Positions 40,862-50,452 of a stretch of 64,000 nt of DNA are shown here, piece after piece (position 1 is the stretch's first letter; the number at the start of each line of letters is the position of its first letter). Below the pieces are notes generated by a model, which saw only the letters and a program-made list of their open reading frames with translations, was not told the DNA's origin and ran no database searches. Source of the stretch: Methylococcaceae bacterium UBA2780 (GTDB taxonomy: Bacteria; Pseudomonadota; Gammaproteobacteria; Methylococcales; UBA2780); NCBI GenBank assembly GCA_002352345.1, contig DEIG01000001.1, positions 13,028 through 77,027 of the forward strand. Direction: 5' to 3'. Both the position numbers and the translations under genes were made by a program.

Positions 40862-41503
40862 CTAACGCTCTTTTTTAATCAGGTAATCAACAATTTCCAT
40901 CATTCTTGGATAACTTTTTGCCATAGAGCCTGTTACTCGGTACTTACCATTTACCACTACCGCCGGAACACCTGTTATCCCATATTTTGCTGGCTTGCTC
41001 ATTGCATTACGCAATTTCATATCAACAGAGAAGCCATTAAAACCACTAGCTTTATCTCTAAAATCTTTCTTATCGACACCCCGTTCTACGAAGAACGCTT
41101 CCAATGCCTCTTCTGTGTCGGTCTTTTTCCCCTTCCGATGGTAAGCATCAAAAAGGTCTGCATGAATCTTATCAGTTACCCCCAAGGACTTTGCCGTAAA
41201 GTAAGCCTTAGCGTGCTCACGCCAGCTATCTCTGAATACTGCAGGAGTTCTAACAAAAGAAACATCACTGGGCACTGTTTTCAACCACTCAGCCAAAGTA
41301 GGCTCAAAGTGATAACAATGAGGACAGCCGTACCAAAAGAATTCTCTAACTTCGACTTTGCTTTTATCGACAGTACTTTGTGGCTTGGATAGCAGTTTGT
41401 AATCCACCCCCTCTTGAAAGCCCTCAGCATTCGTTATTAGGGAAAAAGAGAGCCCAACTAACAGCGAGATTAACAGGCCAATTTTCTTAACATTATTTTT
41501 CAT
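40862..41503 (-). CDS. dsbA: Thiol:disulfide interchange protein DsbA
   Basis: Signal peptide and the FFWYGCPHCYHFEP active site. Confidence 0.93.
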   Translation of the reverse strand: MKNNVKKIGLLISLLVGLSFSLITNAEGFQEGVDYKLLSKPQSTVDKSKVEVREFFWYGCPHCYHFEPTLAEWLKTVPSDVSFVRTPAVFRDSWREHAKAYFTAKSLGVTDKIHADLFDAYHRKGKKTDTEEALEAFFVERGVDKKDFRDKASGFNGFSVDMKLRNAMSKPAKYGITGVPAVVVNGKYRVTGSMAKSYPRMMEIVDYLIKKER

Positions 41504-41504
41504 T

Positions 41505-42683
41505 CTAAAGCTCTCCGTATGAATGTAGTCCGGATAAAAACATGTTTACACCTAAAAAGGCGAACAGCGTGACAAATAGGCCAATAACCGACCACCACGC
41601 CATTGGGGCGCCTCGCCAGCCTTTAGTGAGCCGCATATGTAACCAAGCCGCATAATTGAGCCAGACAATCAGAGCCCACGTCTCTTTTGGATCCCACGAC
41701 CAGTATCCACCCCAAGCTTCCGCCGCCCACAGCGCGCCAAGAATGGTCGCTAATGTAAAGAATGCAAAACCCAATGCGATCGACTTGTACATCACATCGT
41801 CAAGCATATTTAGCTCAGGAAGCTGCTTAGCCATCAATCCACCGGGGTTTCTGGCCACTACACGGTTCTTGATCAGATAAACAACACCAACCATCGCCGC
41901 CAGCGCAAATGCTCCGTAGCCCACAAAATTAGCTGGAACATGAATCTTCATCCAATAACTTTGTAATGCAGGAACTAATGGCTGAATACCGTCTGCATTT
42001 CGGTCAAACGCGTACCAAAGAATAAATCCAACCGCCGCGCTAATAATCAGTAAAACAAACCCACCTAAAGAGCGTGTTTCATAGCGTTTTTCGTAGTGAA
42101 GATAAATGAGGGCGGTAATAATTGAAAAGAGGATAAAGACTTCATATAGATTACTGACGGGGATATGCCCCACATCAGCGCCAATTAAATAGGACTCATA
42201 CCAACGAACCATCAGACCAACAAATCCCATCATTGTTGCGCCCCAAGTCATACTGCTCGCGACTCGCCCAACAAATTCAATCTGAGAAAACAGCCAGCCG
42301 AAATAGGCTATTGTTGCCATCACGTAGAGTGCACTCATCCACATAATCGCCGATTGGCTCGAGAACATAAACTTAAGGAAAAAATCCTGCTCAGCTTGCG
42401 CTAAATCCCCCCCATAACGAGACAACCCAAACAGACTCAATAAAGCGATCAAAGTGGTTAATAGCTGTAGAGCACGCCATGAAAACCCCATTACCAAGAG
42501 CGTTACGGCCGTCAGAACCAAAATCCCTTTTTCATAGAGATCCATCAAATTAGCGTACTCGCTATAGACAAAGAATGCCCCAACAAGCAGCAAAGCAGTC
42601 CAAATCCAATCGATTGGTTTCAATCTTTGCAGCAAAGAGCGCTGCCCTAGCTCCAGTTTTAATGTTTGATTTGAAGTAACCAT
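41505..42683 (-). CDS. ccsA: Cytochrome c biogenesis protein CcsA/ResC (system II)
   Basis: W-rich haem-handling motif WGGYWSWDPKETWALIVWL in a polytopic protein. Confidence 0.92.
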   Translation of the reverse strand: MVTSNQTLKLELGQRSLLQRLKPIDWIWTALLLVGAFFVYSEYANLMDLYEKGILVLTAVTLLVMGFSWRALQLLTTLIALLSLFGLSRYGGDLAQAEQDFFLKFMFSSQSAIMWMSALYVMATIAYFGWLFSQIEFVGRVASSMTWGATMMGFVGLMVRWYESYLIGADVGHIPVSNLYEVFILFSIITALIYLHYEKRYETRSLGGFVLLIISAAVGFILWYAFDRNADGIQPLVPALQSYWMKIHVPANFVGYGAFALAAMVGVVYLIKNRVVARNPGGLMAKQLPELNMLDDVMYKSIALGFAFFTLATILGALWAAEAWGGYWSWDPKETWALIVWLNYAAWLHMRLTKGWRGAPMAWWSVIGLFVTLFAFLGVNMFLSGLHSYGEL

Positions 42684-42693
42684 AATTCAGTCT

Positions 42694-44685
42694 CTAAGTA
42701 TGTGGAGAGAAGACCTCTTCCAGCTTATCGTGCACCTGTTGATATTCCTTAGCAAAATCCATTTCATTTCGCACAGCATTTCCAGACAAGAGGACCTGAA
42801 CGCCACCATCCCTCTTTCTGAAATAGACCCACAATCGGCGCTGCGGCATATAAAACATTAGAAATACGCCCAATGCCAACATAAAACAGCCTGGGTAAAC
42901 CAAATTTTTGCCTGGCGACCTTGTTAACTGCAGCCCTGTGGCTTGAATATGCTCAAAGCTTTCCAGCTGAAGATAGAAGGGTGAGCCATACCGCTCAATC
43001 GCACCAATCGCCGCACCTGCATCCTCAAAAAACTGCGAATCAAATGCACTCATCTCTTGGTCTATTGACTGCCCCTCATCCTTTAGTAGATTAATATAAA
43101 CCACTCCCAAGAGGTGGCGAAGAATTTTCACGTAGATTCCAGCAACCTCCTCTCGTTTTTCCTCAGGAATACGAGACTCTATCGCACCCACTACAGCATC
43201 CATTCCGCCCTGAACATAAATGCCCACAAGCATGCTCATCATTTTTGCAATCTCTTCTTGTCCGCCTTCGGGCACTACACCGCCACCATCTGTTGCTGAG
43301 GCAATCTTCAATGCCAGTTGGTATAGCGTCTTGGTATCTTTCAGTCGATTATAAAATGCCATAAATCGATGAACAGAACCTGAAGAGTCAGCGGGCAGAT
43401 AAAGATACTGAAAAGGTTCTGCCGGACTGCTACGAACTCCACTCATAAAATAGGGGCGCCCATCCGTCTCGACTGGGCTCATATAGTTCAAATATTCCTT
43501 AGCCTCACCAATTTCTGATCTCAACTTAAACTGGATACTTGGCCCTATATTATGAAACTTTCGCCCCTCTTCGGGAGAGGGCTGGATATTAAAAAGTCGA
43601 AAATCATTCAGCTCCAAATTCATTACGCCTTGTGCTGACTGTAACTTCTGCTCCTGATTAATGACTCCTTTCAGCTGAATAGGTTCATTTTTCCCGCCAA
43701 CCAAAGGCCATGCTTTTACATCTATTTTAGAACCACCATCACCAAAGCTCGCCTGATAAATCGACACCCCTTTATAAATAAGCGGGTGATTAACTGAAAT
43801 GGTCTCTCTAATTGGCTCTTTTAACGTCTCATCCACAATAACCAAATCACTTTCAAATGATTTCGGCTGCCCACTTGCGTAGTGTTCAATTCGAAAATCT
43901 TCAACCTCTATTGTGAAAGGTAGTTGCTGGAGCAAATAACCGTCCTTATAACCAAGAAAGACAACATTTGCACCGCCTCCCTCAGGAATACTCACATTCC
44001 CTCTATACGAAAGATTGCTACTATCTAGGCGGCTAATCTCTGGTATCTCATTTGCCGAAATATTACGCTTTTCTACCTTGATCTCACCAAGAGACTCAGC
44101 AATTTTCAATAAGACATTGCCATCCATCAACCCGCCAATGCAGATCAAAACAATCGCAATATGCGTTAGCAGATAACCCCATCGACTTCCTGCCCCTTTA
44201 ATTGCTGATAAAAGCTGATAATCATCACCGCTCTTTTCTCTCAATCGAAAACCATGGTGCGCCAAAAGCTCATTCGATACCGACATGCACTCTTCAATTG
44301 GTGCAGCCACCTTCCATTCATTATTGTGCTTATGATTGCGAAGAGATCTCTCTTGAGCCTCAAGCCGAAAATCTTGCATTTCACGAAACATTCTCGGCAT
44401 ATTTCGATAGATACAGACACTCGTCGACAAGACAAGAAAACCGAGAATAATTAGAAACCAAACTGCAGAATAGACTTGGAACAGGCCTAATGTTTTAAAT
44501 ACCTCAAACCAAAATGGACCAAATTTCAAAAGATAGTCCGAATATGGCTGGTTTTGCTGAAGAACCGTACCAATAATTGAGGCAACAGAAACAGCAACCA
44601 GCAGAGTGATTGCCAGATTCATTGAACCCAGAAACTTCAGTAAAATTGCTCGCCTACTGGCGTGATGGGTATTGCTATTAGTCAT
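42694..44685 (-). CDS. ccsB: Cytochrome c biogenesis protein ResB/CcsB (system II)
   Basis: 663 aa. N-terminus LKFLGSMNLAITLLVAVSVASIIGTVLQQN is typical of ResB. It sits adjacent to ccsA. Confidence 0.9.
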   Translation of the reverse strand: MTNSNTHHASRRAILLKFLGSMNLAITLLVAVSVASIIGTVLQQNQPYSDYLLKFGPFWFEVFKTLGLFQVYSAVWFLIILGFLVLSTSVCIYRNMPRMFREMQDFRLEAQERSLRNHKHNNEWKVAAPIEECMSVSNELLAHHGFRLREKSGDDYQLLSAIKGAGSRWGYLLTHIAIVLICIGGLMDGNVLLKIAESLGEIKVEKRNISANEIPEISRLDSSNLSYRGNVSIPEGGGANVVFLGYKDGYLLQQLPFTIEVEDFRIEHYASGQPKSFESDLVIVDETLKEPIRETISVNHPLIYKGVSIYQASFGDGGSKIDVKAWPLVGGKNEPIQLKGVINQEQKLQSAQGVMNLELNDFRLFNIQPSPEEGRKFHNIGPSIQFKLRSEIGEAKEYLNYMSPVETDGRPYFMSGVRSSPAEPFQYLYLPADSSGSVHRFMAFYNRLKDTKTLYQLALKIASATDGGGVVPEGGQEEIAKMMSMLVGIYVQGGMDAVVGAIESRIPEEKREEVAGIYVKILRHLLGVVYINLLKDEGQSIDQEMSAFDSQFFEDAGAAIGAIERYGSPFYLQLESFEHIQATGLQLTRSPGKNLVYPGCFMLALGVFLMFYMPQRRLWVYFRKRDGGVQVLLSGNAVRNEMDFAKEYQQVHDKLEEVFSPHT

Positions 44686-44691
44686 AACACC

Positions 44692-44727
44692 CGAAAGATA
44701 AAGGGGGAGCGAAGATCGCTACCCCTT
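44692..44727 (-). terminator. Rho-independent terminator after the cytochrome c4 gene
   Basis: Minus strand reads GGGGTAGCGA-TCT-TCGCTCCCCC (one mismatch) followed by TTTATCTTTC. Confidence 0.6.
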
Positions 44728-44791
44728 CAAAAATTGAAATAGTTAAGTCGTTAGTCGCGGCTACTTGTAAAACAACTAACGTTAATCCAGC

Positions 44792-45394
44792 TTAATGCAG
44801 GCCTGAAATATAAGAAGAAACAGCCTTAATTTCCTTTAGCGTCATTTTGCCCGCTGTATTTCTCATCATCTCTGAAACATCATTTGTACGAATCTCAGAT
44901 TTGAAATCATTAAGCGCTTTTTCAAGATAGGTCACATGTTGCCCACTTAAAGAGGGGAAACCAGCTGGTTCGTTGCCTGTTCCTGTCGGGCCATGACATG
45001 ATTGGCAAGCAGCCAATCCACTATCAGGGTTACCACCGCGGTAGAGCTTCTCACCCAAAGTGATTTTCTCAACGTCCGCAACCTCTATAGTTGTCTTTTG
45101 GCTCGCAAAGTAAGCTGAGATATCTGCGATATCTTCATCACTCAATGCCCCAACCATTGCATTCATTGTTGGATCAATACGTGTTTGCGACTTAAAGTCT
45201 TTGAGCTGTTTTTCGATATATGAAGCATGCTGCCCTGCAAGTTTTGGAAACATCGGAGCAGGGCTATTCCCATCCATACCATGACATGCCGCACAGGCAT
45301 TCGCCTTTGCTTTTCCCGCAACTACATCTGCAGCTTGCACAGCTCCAATTCCAAATGCCAAAAGCAATCCAGCAAGTAGTACCTGTTTTTTCAT
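44792..45394 (-). CDS. Dihaem cytochrome c4
   Basis: Signal peptide MKKQVLLAGLLLAFGIGAVQA and two CxxCH motifs (CAACH, CQSCH). I prefer the ATG at 45394 because the track 5' extension runs through a terminator hairpin. Confidence 0.9.
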   Translation of the reverse strand: MKKQVLLAGLLLAFGIGAVQAADVVAGKAKANACAACHGMDGNSPAPMFPKLAGQHASYIEKQLKDFKSQTRIDPTMNAMVGALSDEDIADISAYFASQKTTIEVADVEKITLGEKLYRGGNPDSGLAACQSCHGPTGTGNEPAGFPSLSGQHVTYLEKALNDFKSEIRTNDVSEMMRNTAGKMTLKEIKAVSSYISGLH

Positions 45395-45409
45395 CGCCAA
45401 CTCTCTTTT

Positions 45410-45447
45410 AATAACAAAGCACAAGGCCTCCAGAGGAGGCCTTGTGC
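45410..45447 (-). terminator. Rho-independent terminator after the monohaem cytochrome c gene
   Basis: Perfect 13-bp stem GCACAAGGCCTCC-loop-GGAGGCCTTGTGC, followed on the minus strand by TTTGTTATT. Confidence 0.8.
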
Positions 45448-45466
45448 TTAAAACAACACCCTAAAC

Positions 45467-45778
45467 TTACTTCAAGCTTGAATAATAAGAAGCTAGATTT
45501 TCAATATCCGCGTCAGACAAAGCAGCCGCTGTAGGATTCATCATTGGGTTTTTACGTGTGCCCGCTTTGAATGCATTAAGCTGAGCAACTAAATATTTCT
45601 CGTTCTGGCCTGCCAAATTAGGATACCCAGGAATAGAGCTAACACCTGCTGCGCCATGACATGCTGCGCACATTCCTGATTTAGCTTTCCCTGCAGCTGC
45701 ATCTGCATGCGCCGCACTTGCGATACCTGTTACACCTGATAGTAGGCTTACTGCTACAACTGCCAATACTTTTTTCAT
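45467..45778 (-). CDS. Monohaem class I cytochrome c (c5/c551-552-like)
   Basis: Signal peptide, a single CAACH motif and a distal Met (NPMMNP); 103 aa. Confidence 0.85.
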   Translation of the reverse strand: MKKVLAVVAVSLLSGVTGIASAAHADAAAGKAKSGMCAACHGAAGVSSIPGYPNLAGQNEKYLVAQLNAFKAGTRKNPMMNPTAAALSDADIENLASYYSSLK

Positions 45779-45915
45779 TTTTATCTCCAGTTTTCTGTCT
45801 AGCTTTTAGAAACTACACTTGCCAGCCTGAATCACGACTGAACGTTTACCTGCCCAAATAGGAACATTAAACACGCATTATAGTCACTCATTTCATGATT
45901 AACTACTATATACGC

Positions 45916-46257
45916 CTATTTTTTCAAGCTGGCGTAATAGGCAGCGAGTTCTATAATATCTTTGTCCGTCAGTGAAGTAGCGGCTGGTGTCATCATCAAA
46001 TTATTTCTATAGCCGATTCTGAATGCTTTTAACTGCTCAACCAAGTAACTCTCACTCTTCCCTGCAATATCTGGCAAACCATCTTGGTTTCCTGAGCTCT
46101 CAGCACCATGACAGCCAGCGCATTTCGATTTTGCCAACATTTTACCCGCTATAATTTCTCCCGGCCCCGTCTTAACCGCTGCTGCCGGCTCGGCATTCAC
46201 GCCTCCCGCCAAGCAACCCATTCCAAGTAGCGCCGAAATAGTCAGTATTTTTTTCAT
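45916..46257 (-). CDS. Monohaem class I cytochrome c
   Basis: Signal peptide MKKILTISALLGMGCLAGGVNA, a CAGCH motif, and NLMMTP. The ATG at 46257 is preceded by GGGAGA. Confidence 0.85.
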   Translation of the reverse strand: MKKILTISALLGMGCLAGGVNAEPAAAVKTGPGEIIAGKMLAKSKCAGCHGAESSGNQDGLPDIAGKSESYLVEQLKAFRIGYRNNLMMTPAATSLTDKDIIELAAYYASLKK

Positions 46258-46412
46258 TCTTTCTCCCTGCCTCACCTTATTTTAATTACGCTGGAAGTTG
46301 TCTAACCATGAGCTAGGCGCTTACAGCAATAACCCACCCCTTCCAACGTTGCTCGTTGTATTATAGCGCTTCTTTAGCGCATGATTAACACGATTCCACC
46401 GAAACTATTTTT

Positions 46413-47012
46413 ATGAACAACTTTTACCGCAAAGCCCAATTTTTACTGAGCACTCCAGATCTCAAAAGTGCCCCTCTTGATCAAGGGCTCGAGGTCGCCT
46501 TTGCGGGGCGCTCAAATGCCGGGAAGTCCAGCGCTATCAATGCAATAACCTCTCACAAAGCACTCGCCAGAACAAGTAAAACGCCCGGCCGCACACAACA
46601 ACTAGTCTTTTTTAGACTTGATGATGAGCGGCGACTTGTCGATCTGCCAGGCTACGGGTACGCAAAAGTATCTCTGCAAATGCAGAAAGATTGGCAGCTT
46701 AATATGCAACGGTATTTAAACGAGCGCACAGCACTTAAAGGGCTTTTCTTGCTAATGGACATCCGCCGCCCGCTTACGCCATTTGATGAACAGATGATCT
46801 CTTGGTCGCAGCACCAACAGGTCCCCTTGCATATTGCACTGACCAAAGCAGACAAATTGAGCAAGGGAAATGCAAAAAGCATCTTGCTTAAAACACGTGA
46901 TGAACTCGAAGAACGGGGCATCCCCTGCTCCCTTCAACTTTTTTCTGTTCCCGGAAAAATAGGCGTTGACGATGCGCATGAAATTCTTAACGAGTGGTTC
47001 GAATTGAGCTGA
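46413..47012 (+). CDS. engB: Ribosome biogenesis GTP-binding protein EngB/YihA
   Basis: EVAFAGRSNAGKSSAINAIT (G1), DLPGYGYA (G3) and TKADK (G4). Confidence 0.95.
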   Translation: MNNFYRKAQFLLSTPDLKSAPLDQGLEVAFAGRSNAGKSSAINAITSHKALARTSKTPGRTQQLVFFRLDDERRLVDLPGYGYAKVSLQMQKDWQLNMQRYLNERTALKGLFLLMDIRRPLTPFDEQMISWSQHQQVPLHIALTKADKLSKGNAKSILLKTRDELEERGIPCSLQLFSVPGKIGVDDAHEILNEWFELS

Positions 47013-47044
47013 ATTGGCGTTGCTCAGCAATATTTATAGCATGG

Positions 47045-47176
47045 AGAAATAAAGAAACCCCAGAGCGACAATTAGGGGGCATCGCTCTGGGGCAAGATGT
47101 CCCGGCTGGAGAAGCCGGGAGGGAGAACATAACCTATGTTAGGAGGAACATAAGTAAACGCTGTTTCCAGCGCGTT
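47045..47176 (-). ncRNA. Candidate small regulatory RNA, or structured polA 3' UTR, in the polA-engB spacer
   Basis: Elements read on the minus strand:
- GGAACTT (47210-47204), then 16 nt, then CCTTA (47187-47183).
- Hairpin ACUUAUGUU-CCUCCU-AACAUAGGU (47155-47132).
- Linker CUCCCU.
- Hairpin CCCGGCU-UCUCC-AGCCGGG (47119-47101).
- Terminator CCCCAGAGCGA-loop-UCGCUCUGGGG (47092-47058) followed by UUUCUUUAUUU.
The boundaries are approximate. Confidence 0.45.
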
Positions 47177-47244
47177 GCAACATAAGGCAATTAGAATATT
47201 AAAAAGTTCCGTTCTCCCTAAAAATATTTTTCATCCCCCTATAG

Positions 47245-49977
47245 TTAGTGCGCCTCATCCCAGTTATCTCCTGTCCCAACATCGACAATTAAAGGCACAT
47301 CCAGCTCTACCGCCTCACTCATTAGCCCATCAATTTTCTGACCCGCTTGCTCGAGGTAATCTTCTCCAACTTCAAACACCAACTCATCATGAACCTGCAT
47401 AATCATCCGCACAGGGGCATCACTCCCCTCAATCCACTCGTCAACATTGATCATTGCCTTCTTAATAATATCTGCGGCCGTTCCCTGCATCGGCGCATTA
47501 ATTGCCGTCCTCTCCGCATATTGCCGCCGCTGCCCATTTCGCGCATTGATATCGGGCAGGTAGAGTCGCCGACCAAACAGCGTTTCAACATAACCTTTCT
47601 CTTTTGCAAGTTCCCGTGTGCTATCCATATATGTCTGAACACCTGGATAACGATTGAAATAGCGATCCACATAGGCCTGCGCCTCTCCTCTGGCAATACC
47701 CAGCTGGCGCGCCAAACCGAAAGCAGACATACCATAAATAAGGCCAAAATTAATTGCCTTAGCTGAGCGCCTCTGCTCTTGCGTCACCTCATCCAGCGCC
47801 ACCCCAAAAACCTCAGCTGCTGTTGATTTATGCACATCTTCACCGCGCACAAAGGCACCCAGCAACCCTTCATCTGCCGACAGGTGCGCCATAATCCGCA
47901 ATTCAATCTGAGAATAATCCGCTGCCAACATCTTATAGCCTTGCGGAACAATAAAGGCCTGCCGAATACGCCGGCCCTCAGCCGTTCTAACCGGAATATT
48001 CTGTAAATTTGGATTCGACGAAGATAGGCGTCCTGTTGCTGTCACCGCCTGATGGTAGGAGGTATGAACGCGACCAGTTTTTTCACTAACCTGCTCAGGC
48101 AGCCTGTCGGTATAGGTTGATTTGAGCTTACTAATACTGCGATTTTCAAGAATCAATCTCGGCAACGCGTAGGTTTCTGCCAATTCTTGCAAAACGGCTT
48201 CATTCGTTGATGGCTGTCCTTTTGGCGTCTTTTTAAGGACCGGCAACCCTTGCTGATCAAATAAAATAGCCTGAATCTGCTTAGGAGATGCCAGATTAAA
48301 TGGCTGTCCTGCCTCATCGTATGCGGATTGCTCGATCTCGAGCATGCGAGTCGCCAACTCATGGCTCTGTTTTGACAACAATGCAGAATCGATTAGCACA
48401 CCATTACGCTCTATACGCGAAAGCACTGGAACCAACGGCATCTCGATCTCTCGATAAAGCTGCGCCATCTCTGATTCAGCCTCTAATTTAGGCCATAGGC
48501 AGTGATGGAGACGCAAAGTAATATCGGCATCTTCAGCCGCATAAGGGGCTGCTTGCTCGAGTGAAATCTCCTGAAACGGGAGCTGCTTGGCACCTTTACC
48601 CGCAATCTCTTCGTAATGGGTTGTTTCGTAAGCGAGCAGTCTTAACGCCATATCGTCCATATTGTGGCGGCCTGCAACACTATTTAAAACATACGACTCC
48701 AACATCGTATCGTGCTCAATACCTCGCAGAGTTATTCCGTGATTTGCCAGCACATTAGAATCATATTTAAGATTTTGTCCGACTTTGGAGATGTTTGCAT
48801 CTTCAAGCAGTGGCCGCAATTTCTCCAAAACCCAATCGCACGAAAGCTGCGTGGGTGCTCCAGGATAGCTATGTGCGACCGGCACATAAGCTGCGGCACC
48901 CTCTTCTACAGCAAAAGAAACACCCACTACCTCTGCTGCAATATAGTCGAGTGAGGTTGTCTCCGTATCAAAGGCAAAAATTTCAGCTTTATTAAGCCTG
49001 TCCAGCCATATTTCAAACTGCTCTTCCGTTAAAACAAGTTCATAAGAAGCCTCAATTTCCTTAGCCACCACCATTTTCTCTGCTGGCTCCGCCTTAACAG
49101 AAGTCGGCCCTGAGCTTTCCTTTTCAAGCTGTTTTAACCAGCTTGAAAACTCAAACCGCTCGAGCAATTCGCTCAACTTCACCTTATCCATTGGATTGAG
49201 CGTTAAGTCACTTATATTTTCTGATAACGGTAGATCACATTTGATTGTTGCTAGCTCTCTAGAGAGCTTCAAAACCTCCAGCCCATTTCTAAGGTTATCG
49301 CCAACTTTTCCTTTCACCTCTTCTGCGCGCTCAATCAGCTCATCAACCGAGCCATACTCACCCAACCATTTTGCCGCCGTTTTCGGCCCCACTTTAGGCA
49401 CGCCGGGAATATTATCTGAACTATCTCCCACCAAGGCTAGATAATCGATTATCTGTTCAGGTGCCACACCAAACTTATCTTTAACTCCGTCAGGATCCAT
49501 CCGTGTATTGGTCATCGTGTTTTCTAGCATAATCTGCTCGTTGACCAACTGGGCCATGTCTTTATCCCCCGTCGAGACAATAACTTTCAACCCTTCCGAC
49601 GCAGCCTGGCGAGCGAGTGTTCCGATCACATCATCTGCCTCAACACCCGACTCCATCACCAACGGAAAGCCCATTGCTTTGATTAGCTCATGCAATGGGG
49701 AAATCTGCCGGCGCAAATCATCATCCATTGGTGGGCGATTTGCTTTGTACTGATCGTACATCTCATGACGAAAGGTTTTTCCTGGCGCATCGAAAACGAC
49801 AACAACTTCTGCCCCTGGATACTCCACCAATAATTTTCTCAACATATTTGAGACACCGAGGATTGCCCCGGTCGGCTCACCCTGAAAATTAGTCAGTGGT
49901 GGCAATGCATGAAAAGCTCTAAATAAAAAAGAGGAGCCATCAACGAGAACAATTGTTTTTTCAGGAGGTTGCGTCAT
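47245..49977 (-). CDS. polA: DNA polymerase I
   Basis: 910 aa with 5'-nuclease, 3'-5' exonuclease and Pol A motifs (DYSQIELR, QVHDELVFE). Confidence 0.98.
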   Translation of the reverse strand: MTQPPEKTIVLVDGSSFLFRAFHALPPLTNFQGEPTGAILGVSNMLRKLLVEYPGAEVVVVFDAPGKTFRHEMYDQYKANRPPMDDDLRRQISPLHELIKAMGFPLVMESGVEADDVIGTLARQAASEGLKVIVSTGDKDMAQLVNEQIMLENTMTNTRMDPDGVKDKFGVAPEQIIDYLALVGDSSDNIPGVPKVGPKTAAKWLGEYGSVDELIERAEEVKGKVGDNLRNGLEVLKLSRELATIKCDLPLSENISDLTLNPMDKVKLSELLERFEFSSWLKQLEKESSGPTSVKAEPAEKMVVAKEIEASYELVLTEEQFEIWLDRLNKAEIFAFDTETTSLDYIAAEVVGVSFAVEEGAAAYVPVAHSYPGAPTQLSCDWVLEKLRPLLEDANISKVGQNLKYDSNVLANHGITLRGIEHDTMLESYVLNSVAGRHNMDDMALRLLAYETTHYEEIAGKGAKQLPFQEISLEQAAPYAAEDADITLRLHHCLWPKLEAESEMAQLYREIEMPLVPVLSRIERNGVLIDSALLSKQSHELATRMLEIEQSAYDEAGQPFNLASPKQIQAILFDQQGLPVLKKTPKGQPSTNEAVLQELAETYALPRLILENRSISKLKSTYTDRLPEQVSEKTGRVHTSYHQAVTATGRLSSSNPNLQNIPVRTAEGRRIRQAFIVPQGYKMLAADYSQIELRIMAHLSADEGLLGAFVRGEDVHKSTAAEVFGVALDEVTQEQRRSAKAINFGLIYGMSAFGLARQLGIARGEAQAYVDRYFNRYPGVQTYMDSTRELAKEKGYVETLFGRRLYLPDINARNGQRRQYAERTAINAPMQGTAADIIKKAMINVDEWIEGSDAPVRMIMQVHDELVFEVGEDYLEQAGQKIDGLMSEAVELDVPLIVDVGTGDNWDEAH

Positions 49978-50096
49978 GAGTTTTAATAGTTGCTTGGCTA
50001 AAAGGTCGGCTATGGAAAGTTACACGCTGGCAAGCTCTCCCAATTTAAGCGTTATCCCTGTAATATTAACAAGGTCCCTTTAGTGAGGAAAAATAG

Positions 50097-50429
50097 ATGC
50101 GCCATACTATCGCCATTTTCTGCCTGATTGCTACATTTTCTGTTACTGCCGAAGAGGCCGCTGTGCAGCCAATGCCCGAACCACCGACGCTTCCGCCTAC
50201 GGTTCAAAGCGGGGAGACTCTTGAACCAGAAATCACAATTATTCGTCGCGACAAAAAAATCATCCACGAATATCGTGTTAATGGTGCCATTTACATGGTA
50301 AAAATCATCCCTAGCTCAGGCCCCGCATACTACCTTATCGATAAAGATGGCGATGGAAACATGGAAACACGCCGCAGCGATCTCAATAAAAACATGAACG
50401 TCCCTCAATGGCTGTTATACAGCTGGTAA
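50097..50429 (+). CDS. DUF2782-like secreted protein
   Basis: Signal peptide, then EPEITIIRRDKKIIHEYRVNGAIYMVKIIPSSGPAYYLIDKDGDG, typical of DUF2782. Its conserved position is next to polA. Confidence 0.7.
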   Translation: MRHTIAIFCLIATFSVTAEEAAVQPMPEPPTLPPTVQSGETLEPEITIIRRDKKIIHEYRVNGAIYMVKIIPSSGPAYYLIDKDGDGNMETRRSDLNKNMNVPQWLLYSW

Positions 50430-50452
50430 TCATTATCAAATTTTTCTGAGTT

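Noticed and set aside
46994-47402. Two track ORFs (63 and 75 aa) covering the engB-polA spacer
   Set aside because: They have no RBS and low-complexity translations, and they overlap the ends of engB and polA. RNA hairpins and a terminator explain the region better (see the sRNA candidate).
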